In this document: one piece after another, positions 24,653 through 37,041 of the stretch
How the letters are laid out: each line of letters opens with the position of its first letter
Position numbering within the stretch: the stretch's first letter is position 1
Origin: Mayamaea pseudoterrestris
Lineage: Eukaryota
Direction of reading: 5' to 3'
DNA length: 64,000 bases
Assembly: GCA_027923505.1 (NCBI GenBank)
Contig: BROI01000017.1
Location: forward strand, 1 to 64,000
The notes under the pieces: generated by a model
The model's database searches: none
What the model saw: only the letters and a program-made list of their open reading frames with translations
Told to the model about the DNA's origin: nothing
Made by a program: the position numbers and the translations under genes

Positions 24653-24834
24653 TGCGACTAAACATAAATAAACAGTTACTGAACCATGTACTTGATATTA
24701 GTAGAATGATAACTACTATTGACACACACTAACGAAAGGAATGTCGAGCCAACAAGAGCAAGCAATGGTACCGAGAGACCAAAGCCCACACTCCAAACAA
24801 GACATCCATTCGTTTCCCTTGGTCGACTTTACAT

Positions 24835-26426
24835 TTAGAAGCACTTGCGGTGCACAATTGACGGGCCCGACTCGTCATACTCCTCCTTGCTGATCCACAT
24901 GCTCTGGAAAGTACTGAGCGACGCGAGAATACTTCCTCCAATCCAGACCGAGTACTTGCGCTCCGGCGGGGCGACAATCTTGACCTTGATCGAAGCCGGC
25001 GCCAAGGCAGTAATCTCCTTGCTCATGCGCTCCGAGATACCAGGGAACATGGTGGTTCCGCCCGACAAGACGATATTGGCGTACAAGTCCTTGCGAATAT
25101 CAACGTCGCACTTCATAATGGTCTGGAAGGTGCTGTCGGCGATTCCGTCCATCTCCAAACCCGTCAAGTTGGGCTGGAAGAGAACTTCCGGACAACGGAA
25201 GCGCTCGTTTCCAATGACAATAATGTTGCCGTCCGGAAGCTCAAAGGACTTCTCCAAGGCGCTTGACTCGGCAGCCTTCTTCATTTCCTCCTCAAAGTCA
25301 ACAGCGACAAAGCAGAGCGACTCCTTAATGTCGCGAACAATTTCGCGCTCGGCCGTCGTGGTCAACGAGTAACCACGCTCCGTGAGAATCTTCATGAGGT
25401 AGTCCGTCAAATCGCGTCCAGCCAAGTCGAGGCGAATGACGGCGTGCGGCAAGGCATATCCCTCGTAAATGGGGACAGTGTGCGTGACACCATCACCCGA
25501 GTCCAAGACGCAACCAGTGGTACGGCCCGAAGCGTAAAGCGACAGGACGGCCTGAATGTTCACGTACATGGCCGGAACGTTAAAGGTTTCAAACATGATT
25601 TGCGTCATGCGCTCGCGATTGGCCTTGGGGTTCTGGGGAGCCTCCGTGAGCAAGACTGGGTGAGCCTCCGGAGCAACACGGAGCTCATTGTAAAAAGTAT
25701 GGTGCCAAATCTTCTCCATATCGTCCCAGTTGGTGACAATACCGTGCTCAATGGGGTACTTGAGCGTCAACACACCACGCTTGGCTTGAGCCTCGTCTCC
25801 AACGTAGGCATCGCGTTGCTCCATGCCAACCTATTAATGACAGAGTGAAAGAAACATTGACAATAATTAGACAATGAAAAACATGACAAGGTGAGCCAGA
25901 GCAAACACTCGCAGCGACCATTCCTAATCACGCATTGGCACTTGCACGCGTGGAGGATCACGTACCATGATACCAGGCTGACGAGCACGTCCAATCAACG
26001 ACGGAAAGACCGAGCGAGGAGCATCATCTCCAGCAAAACCGGCTGATAAATAAAAAGAGTAAAGCCAAAGAGCGAGTGAGATGCCGATGCATAGTAGTGG
26101 AAATGACTGATTAGACGACGGTCATTCCGAGTCATTAGATTCGAAATCCATTCGCTGCGCTCGCTCCAAGCTCGAGACGCTGGGAACGCAGTCAACGATA
26201 GTGATAGAATGAAGACGATGCAGTGGATAGACTCGAGCTCATGGTCGACCACTCTCTCACTCAAGTCATTTCGCTCCACGTTTGCCGAAACCCTTCACTG
26301 CCGATCATGCGCCATACGACCCTCGCTCAATCTCCTCCATTCACTCGCATGCTCTTGTTACTTACCCTTGCACATTCCGGATCCGTTGTCAATGACAAGG
26401 GCAGCGATATCTTCGTCGTCAGACAT
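24835..26426 (-). CDS. ACT: Actin (3 exons)
   Basis: [20 protein letters not shown] / [15 protein letters not shown] / ...[20 protein letters not shown]. Introns lie at ~26043..26365 and ~25831..25965. Confidence 0.98.
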
Positions 26427-27939
26427 GGTAGAAGAGAGTTGTTGTTGGTTGGTAGTTGTAGAAAGCTTGGAGTGATCGAAGCAAACAGCCTGTTTGGATT
26501 GTGAGGTGAACGAGAGCGAGGAGCCATTCAAAAGATCCGCCTCCGTCTTGGGATGACCCTATCGTGATGCGAAAATGACCATCACGCTAACCCGGAGCTA
26601 CTTATTTAGCTGTCAATTTTTTGGAGTCCTGCTAACCCCAGTCTTAACATTCCTCCAGCATCTTGCCGAAAAGCCACATGGCGCCAAAGGCGGCGACGCC
26701 AATCAATCTTGGCCAAGACTCCGCCGCCGTTGCGAAAAAGACCGGCACGCCAAAAAGTTCCCTGGTCTGTCTTGGCATCTTTTGAATCTATCGCCCCAAA
26801 GTAGTTGTACTAGTAATGTCATCTCTTTACAAACAAGTAGTTTTCGAGCATGGGCTGCGACGTTTGAATGAGTGCTACTCGACTATACTTTCGCGCTACC
26901 CTGGCCAGTTTAGCTAATACTCGTACATTACTTCGATTGCTAACACCTCGGCCTCCATTAGGCAATTATGGCAGCGCAGAGTGACCAGCGACACACAGTC
27001 AAGAATGATGCCGCTCAGTAATTCAATCCAAGAGGGGCCTCGAAACAAAAGATTGTCACGAGCTGCTTGCGTCACAACGTTGGGAGAAACCTCAAAAGAC
27101 GACTCGCACGTAGGAAAATTCTCTCTACTCCTGTAGGTAAAACCTTGTTTCAAATTGTTGCATGGATCTTGTAGTGAGCAGGAACGAACCATTACCGAAT
27201 GTATTAAGAGGCGCAGCAAGTTCAAGCTCCCTGCTGCCGTTCGCGCCTTGGCTATCATGGCGATGCGAGTCGAAAGTCGAAAATCTGTCGACGCTCGACG
27301 CAGAGATGGATCCATTCGTAACATTAACAGGAGCCAGCAATGATGATGCATTGACAGAAGGCAATCTTCCAATAGTCGTGTAACATGAATACAGAGAGCC
27401 GCTGTGGGGAGTGCAAAGTGCAAGATCAATTGACTCGTCACTTGCTGCACCAACGACCGTCGCGATTCCACATGCATCCAGACTCCATAGGCGTGTGCAG
27501 CAGCTCTTTCCATCAGGATTCATGCCAAGAGACATGAGCCAGTCCGCACATTTACAGCAGTATTGCCGCCAATGAATCGGATTCATTCAAGGAAAGGTTC
27601 TGTAACGAAAAAGTGATGGAATGAGTAGAATGAAAAAGAACAGCACCGTCACGACCATCACTTTCCCTCTACATGATATCGATTCAACCTTTTCTGGATC
27701 TCCCCACATGATTATAGAGCGCGCCAGTTAATGTTAAACTCTATTGTACAAGATGCGAGAAGCAGCAGCGATCGTTACACATTGAGCCGCGTCATGGTGG
27801 CTCCATCGATGTATGTCATTCCCGGTCCGACCTTTAATAACGGTGCGCGTTTGAAAAGACTGATGATTCATCCAATCGTATCAATGAATTCTGTTGGGCC
27901 TTTTTTCGAAGTTTTTGGACTACTCTTTGATCCAGTGTG

Positions 27940-27993
27940 CCAATAACTTTGATTTTCAAAGTTTGACAGTGTTTTGAAAATCAAAGTTATTGG
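27940..27993. repeat. Perfect 21-bp inverted repeat (family B element)
   Basis: ccaataactttgattttcaaa, a 12-nt loop, then tttgaaaatcaaagttattgg. The core matches the array at 37194-37370. Confidence 0.9.
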
Positions 27994-28190
27994 TCGTACT
28001 CTTTGGTTCATAGTCGTTGATTATGCACGACCGCCGAGGACGCCCCTTGCTGCACTGAAATGGACGAAAGATGCAACAGTTGCCATGTTGCAATCGCAAG
28101 TGCAAATTCAAGCAGGAGCTGTGCGTGCGACGAGAGAATCAATCCACAACTTCATTCACTGCAGTAAAACCGGTTACAGTCATCAGCACG

Positions 28191-29017
28191 ATGAAGCTTT
28201 CCACGAAGGAAGAGGAGGAAGGGTCGCTCTCGACGGATGTTGCTTCCATTGATACTGGCGACTCTCTTACTCGCAATGATCAAGAAATGGCTTCCGCTAG
28301 CAACTCCGTATTCGCACCAGACGCAAACGCCATTCGAATGGTTCCGCAGCTCGCCAACCATTCTTGGAAGGACGATTATTTCAACATGGAAGACCACAAG
28401 CAACAGAACATTATCGCTGTCTTTGATCACAGCCTTGGATCCTTCTACAGTCGAACCATCTCTTGTCTTTCCTTTCCATTATTCATGTTTTCATTCCTCG
28501 CATGGCTCGTTGTACCTCTTTTCATTCAGGGACATCGAGACGGTGACAGAAGTGCAATCATATTTGCGTCCTGCATGCTCTTGCCAACGTGCTTGTTAGC
28601 AGTTGCGCTATACTTGCTAATTCGGCATGCAGGTCTTCTTCCGCCTCACACGGCTGTCACTTTGGAAGGAGTAGTTCATATGGATGGTTCTCGTGCCAGT
28701 AAGTTTCGGTCGAAATGACTCGCTATCATACGCGTTGCGTTGTCACTATATCTCACCCAATCTTGTTCTTTGCAGGAATGACTCGTGTGTTTACGTGGGA
28801 CGAAATTGTCAGCACTCATCAATCGGACGCGGACGATTCATGGCGCAGCTATTGCAGCGTTTTGGTGCTCAATAATGCGGAGCAGGTGTACATACAATGT
28901 CAGAAGGAACCACAACTTTTTCGAGAGGTTGTTGAGCGTCTCAAAGAAATGCAGCGTACGAACGAGGGGGAGGAAACTGCAGAACCAAGACTCTCATCAT
29001 TGGCAAACATCGTTTAA
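28191..29017 (+). CDS. Hypothetical two-TM membrane protein (2 exons)
   Basis: The ORF has two hydrophobic segments. A GT-AG intron at ~28699..28775 joins it to the 28715..29017 frame. Confidence 0.6.
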
Positions 29018-29743
29018 AAGTCTAGCGATGCACACAAGAGTCTTGGCGCTTACTGAACCGTCAATTACTATACCTTACATGCTCATCAGAACGACTACCA
29101 TCCATGTTGAAAACTGACTGACTTCCGTGCGACAATTCGTCGGCTGTCACGTCGCTCTATAGTCGAGCTAAGCTAGTCCATTGGCAGTCCATGTAGATAG
29201 CTTACTTAAGCTTGATTCATCAAATCATTGATAGTAGGTATCGAGTCGAAAAAATACTCCGAACAGCATGAACGTGGATGCATCTGATGGCATGAAATAT
29301 ATTTCATCTGCCTTTATATAGGTTTGACCCGCCACCTTTGCCAGCAAGGACCATACAGCGCTGACAGCACCGCATCCCGTCTGCTCTGCGAAGTTAAGCA
29401 GCGCCTGGCCTGGTTAGTACTACGGTGGGGGACCACGTTGGAATCCCAGGTGTTCTTGTTTTTGCTTCGCAGAGTAACTGCATTACTGTGGTGCAGACCC
29501 TCGACCCGGTACTGAACACGTTTTGGACTTAGTTGCTCCATGCGCGCCGGCCAATGGCCTCAACGCCGATGTTTCGCCAGAGTTTCTCCGACGACCGGTG
29601 ATGGCTCATCCGTAGAAACTCTACCACGGATCTACTTTTCTACAGAAACTCGCCTGCCGCAACTTCAACTCTGCTTCCTCGACGGACGCTTGCGAGATCA
29701 ACCATGGACGACAAGTAACAAATAAAGGCAACTACTAGCATTA

Positions 29744-31756
29744 TCAACGGCCACATTCACCAACGCCTTTGCAGCATGACTCACTAAACTTGATTGCAAA
29801 TGTCCTTTCCCATCTACCGACGAACGCGTCTCTATTCTCGCCGCAATGGTTTTTGAAACAACGCGCGACGGGCGCCAACGTTCGAGCAAAATATTTCTTC
29901 TCCTTCGCATCAAGCACAATTCTTTCAACGCCACCAATCGCCTCGACTCTATTATGCAGCTCCAGCAATGCGTCAAGTTTCTGGGGCAGTGTCTTCAACT
30001 GAGCAATTGACTCTCGGCCCGCAAAGAAGTTTGTTGGCGGCGTCGCTTTCTTTGCGCGTTTGCTTGACGACGATGGTGGCGTAACTGCTGCAACCTTCTC
30101 TGCCTCAATCAACTGCTGCTGTTTATAAATTGATTCGACCTGCCTTTTGTATCGCAAGCAAATGGTTTTGCAAGGATTACGAAGCTCCATTGGAACAGTC
30201 ATGAGCCATTGCTCGAGGCAATCTCCTTCGACGGTCGACCACTGAAACTGCTGCGTCTCAATTACCAATGAGCGAACGTTGCGCGCCACGCCATGCGGTA
30301 CTTTTAGTTGCAACACAAACTCGTCGGCGAGCTGGGCGAGTGATTTACCGGCATGCTCTTGGGGACTTGGTTGCGCGCCACCATTGCGAACGCCTCTGTA
30401 TGCCTTGGCAAGCTCGTTTCCTGGGCTTGGATTGATTTCATTGGATGAAACAAGTGTATTGGCGTTCCCCAAATACAAGACGGCTTCTTCATGGCGCATG
30501 TGGCGAGCGTCGTATTGGCAAATTCGCAAGTCCGCCTTTTGAAACGCCGCTTTCAAGTAAGCACCTTTGCGGAACGAGTGCATACCGAATCCCTTGCCTG
30601 TCTCAGGACCGAATAATTCAATAAAGCGCTCTTTTAAATACTTGAATATCGTTCCGTAGTCGAGTCGTTTAGTGCCTCTGTAGTCTCCGTCGTCGCGCCT
30701 CGTGTTTGACCCGAGCGACCTAAGCGACTGAAACAACCAACCTTTCTTAACGCCAAGCAAATGCACCAACAGCAGCAGATGGCGGACTGGGCAGATGTCC
30801 GGATACTCATGGTCCGCCCAAAGATGAAAGTACTGTCCACGCAAGTCGGTCTTTCCACGTATCTTGAGGCAGACACCGTTGATTCGTCCGTTTGCTTCGA
30901 CGTGGAAGGACGACGCCTCAAAACTCTCCATTGATATCGTCAGCAACTCGTCGTCTGCTCTCAAATACAAGTTGATTGCAATCAGAACGGCAACCCAAAC
31001 GCTCAAACCAACAAGTCCTTCGTAGACGAGCAACGCGCCAAGTTTGCGAAGCTGCCATGGTGCAATGGCGCAGGATCCGTGTACCTCGTAGTCCTTGTCG
31101 AGCAACTGTTTTTTTCCGTTGGTAAATTTGAAACAATGTGTCGGCTGTCCAATACGCTTGATCTGACGGTTGCCAAAGTGTTCGTTACATCCATGGCTAT
31201 TTTGGTCGACGCGGAAAAGACTCAAACAATCAACACACTTTTCCTTGAAAGAATCCTGCGCCTCATATCCAATGGACATATGGAGCCATACAATGGCTGA
31301 GCCGAAGGTCTTCATCCTATGGTTACTCTTCCATCCACCATTGCAACGAATTGGTTCGTTGAAGTTAGCGTCACGGAGTATCATCTCATCGTCGTCACGC
31401 AAAAATGTGTTTGTGTCGAGTTTCTTCCAACGCAGAAACAACACCAGCGACTCAACCTTCATGGAAGGAACCTTGCCAAGACCAATAGGCCTCGGCAGAA
31501 GGAGAACAAGCATTGATTCCCAGTCTCCTATCATTGCGAGAAACCGCCAAAGCATTGAATAGTAAGAGAGGTAAGAAGTGATCTGAGTTTTCTCCGCCAA
31601 GAATGGTCCGTTGGTGTAGAGCCATACGTTACAGCAGAAGCGAAACGGAGGAGGCGACAGAGTGAATCCATTACTTGCCGCAGCAAGAACAAGCTCATTG
31701 TCAAGCTTGCTCTGCAGAGCGGGGTGCAGAACGCACCATCCACCGATTGAAGCCAT
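29744..31756 (-). mobile_element. Tyrosine recombinase ORF of a Crypton-like DNA transposon
   Basis: 670-aa intact ORF with the catalytic residues in order: LYLR(R)ADD, RGK(K)TD, CPVRHL, HSFR (HxxR), ARH (H), LY (Y). No RT or gag is nearby. Confidence 0.82.
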
Positions 31757-32577
31757 TGTTTTATTAATGGCAATTGAAAGTCAAGGAGCCACCGTCGACA
31801 CATTCTTTCATCGGCGAAATGTGAGGAGTACAGGCTGTTTCGTGGCGCACTGGGAGCCTGTTGCTGAGCGAGCCAATGCACTCCCGAGCCAGCCGAGCAT
31901 TTCGAGGGTCGCGGGGTGAAGTTCACCACGATACATCGCGGTGCGGACCCTCAGACCCTCACGTGGCATCTACTTAACCCTTCCTAAGTGACACGTGATT
32001 AGATACCGTTACTCTTCGTTATTATTCTCTGACTGACTCATAGTAACATTTTCTTTTGGTATACAACTTTCGTCGCTTCTTGTCACTTCTTTCTTCCAAA
32101 AAGGAAGGATGCCAACTTATTATCGGTAGGCATGTGCGGCAAGCTAGTCCTGCAGCAATTTTTCCAGCGATAGATTGCAGGCAACGACTGTCTTGGCAGC
32201 TAGCCCCCCATTACTCGAAGCTGCGTTGCATATATAGTACATTAGAATACTCGGGTATATTGTTCTGGTATACACGATTAGCATGATACAACGACAACCC
32301 GTTCTTAATGATAACTTATCAGCCTATTATGTCCACAATGCGCGATGTATCCAATCGCATGTCCCATGGTCGACAAAATCAGCAGCGAATTAACCCAGCC
32401 TCATCGATTGCCGATGACGACGCTAGACATGTAGCGCAAGCGAGAAGTTCCTTCAAACTACTACAAGCCGTCTTTCGCGCACATGGACGTTGGATTGCGA
32501 GAGGTAAATCTCGCGCCAGCACAAAAGCATGCCACCATGTAGGCCCCGAGAGCGCGACGCGATCCAGTTTACAACAA

Positions 32578-33126
32578 TTACGCATCAAATTCCTCGTATG
32601 GAGTTCCATTCTTGTGCTTGTATTCATATTTGCCAGTGTCTTGATTCATGATTGCCGTCAAGTCGACGTGCGGATAGTTGACAACGTCGCCTGGCGTTCG
32701 ATCGCCCACTTCCAGGTAAACGGCTGTTTCGGAAGTTTCGTTGACTAGCGAATGGGCAATCTCTCGATTCTTTGGAAAGCCCATGCATTCTCCAGCCTGC
32801 ATTTGAATATCTTCATTTCCGAATCGCAAGGTCGGACTACCTTGAAGAATGTAAATGAATTCATCTTGCGTAGCGTGACAGTGCTGGAGCGAGGAAGATG
32901 CTCCAGGGTTTAGCGTTGTCCTGTTGACTCCAAAGTTGGTTAATTGAAAGTGTTCACCAAGTCGTTGCTTGGTGCGGCCTTGCACCATGGAGCGAAATGC
33001 GCTGGGGTAGGTTGTCGCCTGTGGCTGTGGAGGAATTTCGGTGGCCGCAATGGGACGTCGTTGACTGGATGACTTTGTTGCTTCTGCATCGTCTGCAACT
33101 GTTACTGCTGCTTTTGAATGACTCAT
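32578..33126 (-). CDS. Cupin-domain protein (bacterial-like)
   Basis: Cupin motifs SSLQHCHATQDEFIYILQG and GFP...AHSLVNE..YLEVGDR. The gene is intronless and the start codon is uncertain (33126 or 33183). Confidence 0.85.
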   Translation of the reverse strand: MSHSKAAVTVADDAEATKSSSQRRPIAATEIPPQPQATTYPSAFRSMVQGRTKQRLGEHFQLTNFGVNRTTLNPGASSSLQHCHATQDEFIYILQGSPTLRFGNEDIQMQAGECMGFPKNREIAHSLVNETSETAVYLEVGDRTPGDVVNYPHVDLTAIMNQDTGKYEYKHKNGTPYEEFDA

Positions 33127-33583
33127 TCTACTTGTGACGCTCTTTCTGCTGTAAAGTAGGAAAGTCCTTGCTGTGAGTCTCATGGTGGTCCTGACGGAAT
33201 GATGCCGAGGAGTTGAATCTTGTCGAGCCCTCGCGTCGCGGTTAAACATCTGAGTCGTGGTATGACTTTATGACGTTTCATATTTAGACTTTTCATCTCT
33301 GCTGCTTTTCGTCGTGTTCGCTCGTTTCGGCTTCGACGACAATCGACGACTGCTCACTCATCTCTCGATTGACTGAAGCCATCATAATATTTACATGCTC
33401 ATTGCTCATTGCAGTCCTAAATTGCCAAGTCGTGTGCAGTACTGATCGAGAATCTCGCTAACGCCAATACTCGCAATCATTGTATTGCAGCAGCAACCAG
33501 CAGCCTCCTTGCTCCGCTCATTCATTTCATTCGACATTAAGCTTCCACTTCTTTCATTGTCATTACAAAAACAATATTTTACA

Positions 33584-34153
33584 ATGACAAAACCTCCTCG
33601 CATCTTTCAATACTTGTTCGACATGATGATTCACGCAATTGCAGTCGTCGTTGCTGCCGTGTTGACAGATCCAGCCGTCAAGGAGGCCATTGCCAATGTC
33701 ATTGTCTCCGGAATGATCAACTTTGTCCGACAACCAAACTTGGACGAGCACTTGCTCTTTGCAAACCAAACATTGGGACGAACGCGAGACCACATGGCGA
33801 GCAAGGCGGGTCAAGACTTTCCCAAGGTTGTCGGGGCATTCATGAAGGGCATGTTTCAGATTGCGCCGCAGCAGAATAATAATGTTATTGAAAGTAGTAA
33901 TAGTACCAGCAACAACAATCATGGAAGTGACAAGAACAAGATAGACGACACGACTAGTAGTAGTGATCAGCAGACAACGTCGGCATTGACGGACGAAAAG
34001 AAAACGTCGGGGCATTCCATTGAAGATATTGGCGGCAGGAACAATAACAAGCAGCAACAGGACGATGCAACGGACGAGCAAACCGCGGCGTCGTCCGAGG
34101 AAGGCGATGAGACTGGATTCCTTACGTCGCTACCAACAGTCTTGTCCAGGTGA
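33584..34153 (+). CDS. Hypothetical protein, tandem paralog 1
   Basis: Shares RI..(F/Y)L.D, P......V.G.....QPNLDE and KAG..FPKV.GAF.KGM with the ORF at 34733. Confidence 0.7.
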   Translation: MTKPPRIFQYLFDMMIHAIAVVVAAVLTDPAVKEAIANVIVSGMINFVRQPNLDEHLLFANQTLGRTRDHMASKAGQDFPKVVGAFMKGMFQIAPQQNNNVIESSNSTSNNNHGSDKNKIDDTTSSSDQQTTSALTDEKKTSGHSIEDIGGRNNNKQQQDDATDEQTAASSEEGDETGFLTSLPTVLSR

Positions 34154-34732
34154 ATGGCGAACAAGAATAAACAATACATCTTTATAAATGCTTTTACATT
34201 ATGAACTTGACTGCTTGTATTGCGAAAAGCGTCTTGGCGGCAGCGACCATTAATGCAGGACCATGCCAAATCCACATCAACGTGCATCGTCTGGCACTGA
34301 TTGCATAGCAAGCGCTAGCCTAGTGGTATTTCAGTAGTGAATGGCATTCCAGACGGAATTTTCAACCTTTGCATCATGCGAGCACATTTTCCAAAAAGGA
34401 TTTGACAAGCCTTTCGTGCTGAATGTTGACTGAAACCTTTCGTATCAAGATGTCCCGTCATTAAGCCATAATCAGTGATTCGACGGCAGGAACATTTCCC
34501 TCGTTTGCATTTCCCGTTTGAACAACGAACTTCAAGTGCGGCTTGGCATTTTCTTGTTCCTTCGCGTGGGTGGGAGGATTCTCATCAAGCTCGATCCTCC
34601 TTCTTTGGAAGAGCATCAAGAGCCTCGTGGAAAGTTGGACGGGATCGTTCGAGCCACGTGGGATCCTCGAGCCGACTCGCCCCGCATCCCGCACCTCATA
34701 CTATATCATATCCGCCAATCATAATTTCCATC

Positions 34733-35203
34733 ATGGGCAACCGCATCTACGATTTCTTGGTCGACTTTGTCGCGCGCTTTGCTGCAGCGGTCATTTCCCA
34801 TCCAGTCTTGCACGGAGCCGTCCAGGACGTGGTCGTTGACGGCGTCAACAAGCTGCTGGAGCAGCCAAACTTGGATGAGCGCGTCGCCAAAGCGGGCAAA
34901 ACACTCGCCAAGGACAAGGACGTCATGGCGCACAAGGCTGGTAAGGAATTTCCCAAGGTGGCGGGAGCTTTTGTCAAGGGGATGGTGAGGGTTGGGAATC
35001 CCGAGAAACGTGATGATAACGACGAAGAAAGTAAAACGAGCATGAACCATGAGTCGGACACTGATGGGTCGCAGCACGATGAGCGTACCGGCAAACCAAT
35101 AGTCAGCGCAAGATCTGGCCATTATGACAGCGACAAGTCTTCGACATCCAAGTCCAAAAAAGCTCGATGGCTGAATCCGATTGAAATGATGCGACACAAT
35201 TAG
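34733..35203 (+). CDS. Hypothetical protein, tandem paralog 2
   Basis: Its N-terminal ~85 aa are clearly homologous to the 33584..34153 protein. Confidence 0.7.
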   Translation: MGNRIYDFLVDFVARFAAAVISHPVLHGAVQDVVVDGVNKLLEQPNLDERVAKAGKTLAKDKDVMAHKAGKEFPKVAGAFVKGMVRVGNPEKRDDNDEESKTSMNHESDTDGSQHDERTGKPIVSARSGHYDSDKSSTSKSKKARWLNPIEMMRHN

Positions 35204-35349
35204 CGGGCTAGACTGGACCGGGATGATCGCATTGTCAAGGTTTTACAACCGTAGTTGAAAAATTTGTTTCTTCCTGCTGTCGTTATACAATCTGTGTTTG
35301 ATATAACATGCCTTGCTATAATACGTAGATCTCGTGTTGCATACATGAC

Positions 35350-37041
35350 TCAAGTCAAAATTCCACTGTCCACCGTCCGACGAAGCTGCGCCGTGGCCAT
35401 TTCCAGTTCCTGCACAGCCTCCTCTCGCTCCGCTCGCCCTTCGTCGTCCTGCTGACCGATGCGTCGATAGTTACCAAAGATGCCGTTCCATAGAAACGAC
35501 AAGCCGCCTCCTTGTCGACGACGCGAGGGAGACGCATCGTTCGCTTCACTATTATTGTCACTGCCATCCACTTGTCGCGAGTGTATCCTCTGCAACTGCT
35601 GACTCATGATAAAATCAAATACGTCATACTTGCATAGCGGGCACTTGGATTGCCGCTCCGTCAGCCAAGGCACCACGCACTCCAAGTGAAAGGTGTGGTG
35701 GCACGGCAGGGTCAACAAGCTTGAAGCGATGCGATAGTCGAGTGCATCCTCGGGTGACGATTCAAAGTCGTACAATTCGTCTATGCAAATGGCACATGAG
35801 TGCTCCTGGTCCGTGTCGTCAAGTGCAGTCGAGGTCTGGTGACTGGAAGCATTCAGGGAAATGTTGACAATGTCGTCGCCTTCGCCAGCATCCCCATCGG
35901 CAGCTGCATCCGCATCATGCTCTCGCTCGCGCTGCCGGGCCCATGAATTCAGTACAATAGTTTCCACCTGGTACCTCGTTGCCTCCTGCTGATCCTTGGC
36001 CAGCTGTCGGACCTGCGACTCGGAGAGCAGTCGTCGACTTCCACCAAGCGCATAGTGATGATGAATGACTGTGGTTGCAGCAGCAACCGCAGTTGCATCG
36101 CTTCCATCGATTGCTGCCAGCGTCGCGGAATCCATACTTGACGTCGTCGTCGTCGTTGTCAGTACAATGCGATTACCAGAAACATGGACGTGTCCAATGG
36201 ATCCAGCCGCCATGAGCAAGCAGCCGCTGACAAGTACTAATGTAAGCAGCAAGGCCAGTGCCGTGATGATCATGTTTCGTAAATCCTTGACGGAGAGCGT
36301 CGCTAGCGAGTTACCTCCACTAGACATTCCATTGGGTGGAAGCGCGTCAAACTTGATGCGTGGACCTCCGTTCAAGCGTACTTGCTTTGGTTGCGACACC
36401 ATCCATCGCTTGAGTGCTTGTCCGGATCGATGCGAAAGACTCAGCATCACTAGCCGTGAGTCTCCAAACTCGGAATACATGGGAACGAGTTCATCCTCGT
36501 CTTGAATGTAGTTGTTATCGTAGTCCATGTCATTCATGACTTGCTGCTGCTGCATGGAATTGTAGACAATCAAGTACTGAATGGAAGGATGAAGCGACTC
36601 GGCAACGACCGCCTTGCGAATGAATGGACAGTCGCCTCGGGCTGCAAGCAAGGCAACTGGTTCAAAGTAGGACTGACGCTCATGATGATTAGCATTATGA
36701 CTTGTTTCTTGTAGTAGCGGTGGAATGATAAAGGAAGTTCTACTCGAATTCAAAAGAGGCTCGCAAAGATAGGGTGCTTCCGGCAAGAACTGAAGGCGAG
36801 CGGAAAATGCAATTCCATTCGAAGGGAGCGCTCGACCAAATAGGGCAGGCAGGGACTCGAATGTTTCGTTCCCAGCGTAAATGAATGAATTGGAGCGTTG
36901 CAGATTGTCGAGTAGCAGAAAAATGAGTAGCAGCAGAGCCGAGGAGGAGGAATATGATGATGGACATGCCAGATTTTGTCGTATTCTTCGTCTCGATTGC
37001 TCCTCTCGTTTGTTAATGATCGGGCCTTGCTTTCTATCCAT
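35350..37041 (-). CDS. PA-TM-RING-H2 E3 ubiquitin ligase (RMR/RNF13-like)
   Basis: Signal peptide, PA domain (ALFGR, LLAARGDCPFIRKA), TM helix and RING-H2 (CAIC..LPCHHTFHLECVVPWL..CPLCK). Confidence 0.88.
   Translation of the reverse strand: MDRKQGPIINKREEQSRRRIRQNLACPSSYSSSSALLLLIFLLLDNLQRSNSFIYAGNETFESLPALFGRALPSNGIAFSARLQFLPEAPYLCEPLLNSSRTSFIIPPLLQETSHNANHHERQSYFEPVALLAARGDCPFIRKAVVAESLHPSIQYLIVYNSMQQQQVMNDMDYDNNYIQDEDELVPMYSEFGDSRLVMLSLSHRSGQALKRWMVSQPKQVRLNGGPRIKFDALPPNGMSSGGNSLATLSVKDLRNMIITALALLLTLVLVSGCLLMAAGSIGHVHVSGNRIVLTTTTTTSSMDSATLAAIDGSDATAVAAATTVIHHHYALGGSRRLLSESQVRQLAKDQQEATRYQVETIVLNSWARQREREHDADAAADGDAGEGDDIVNISLNASSHQTSTALDDTDQEHSCAICIDELYDFESSPEDALDYRIASSLLTLPCHHTFHLECVVPWLTERQSKCPLCKYDVFDFIMSQQLQRIHSRQVDGSDNNSEANDASPSRRRQGGGLSFLWNGIFGNYRRIGQQDDEGRAEREEAVQELEMATAQLRRTVDSGILT

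Noticed and set aside
24845..25848. Long antisense ORFs over actin, and similar shadow ORFs over other genes
   Set aside because: These are shadow frames produced by the codon bias of the real gene.
26914..27586. Overlapping minus-strand ORFs, with a faint resemblance of PHSGSLYSCYTTIGRLP to amino-acid permeases
   Set aside because: The similarity is too short and is interrupted by stops. It cannot be supported without a tblastn/HMM search.
21861..31756. RNase H ORF plus tyrosine recombinase as one DIRS-like element
   Set aside because: They are on opposite strands and separated by actin and another host gene. The RNase H context is non-LTR type, and no RT or gag is present.
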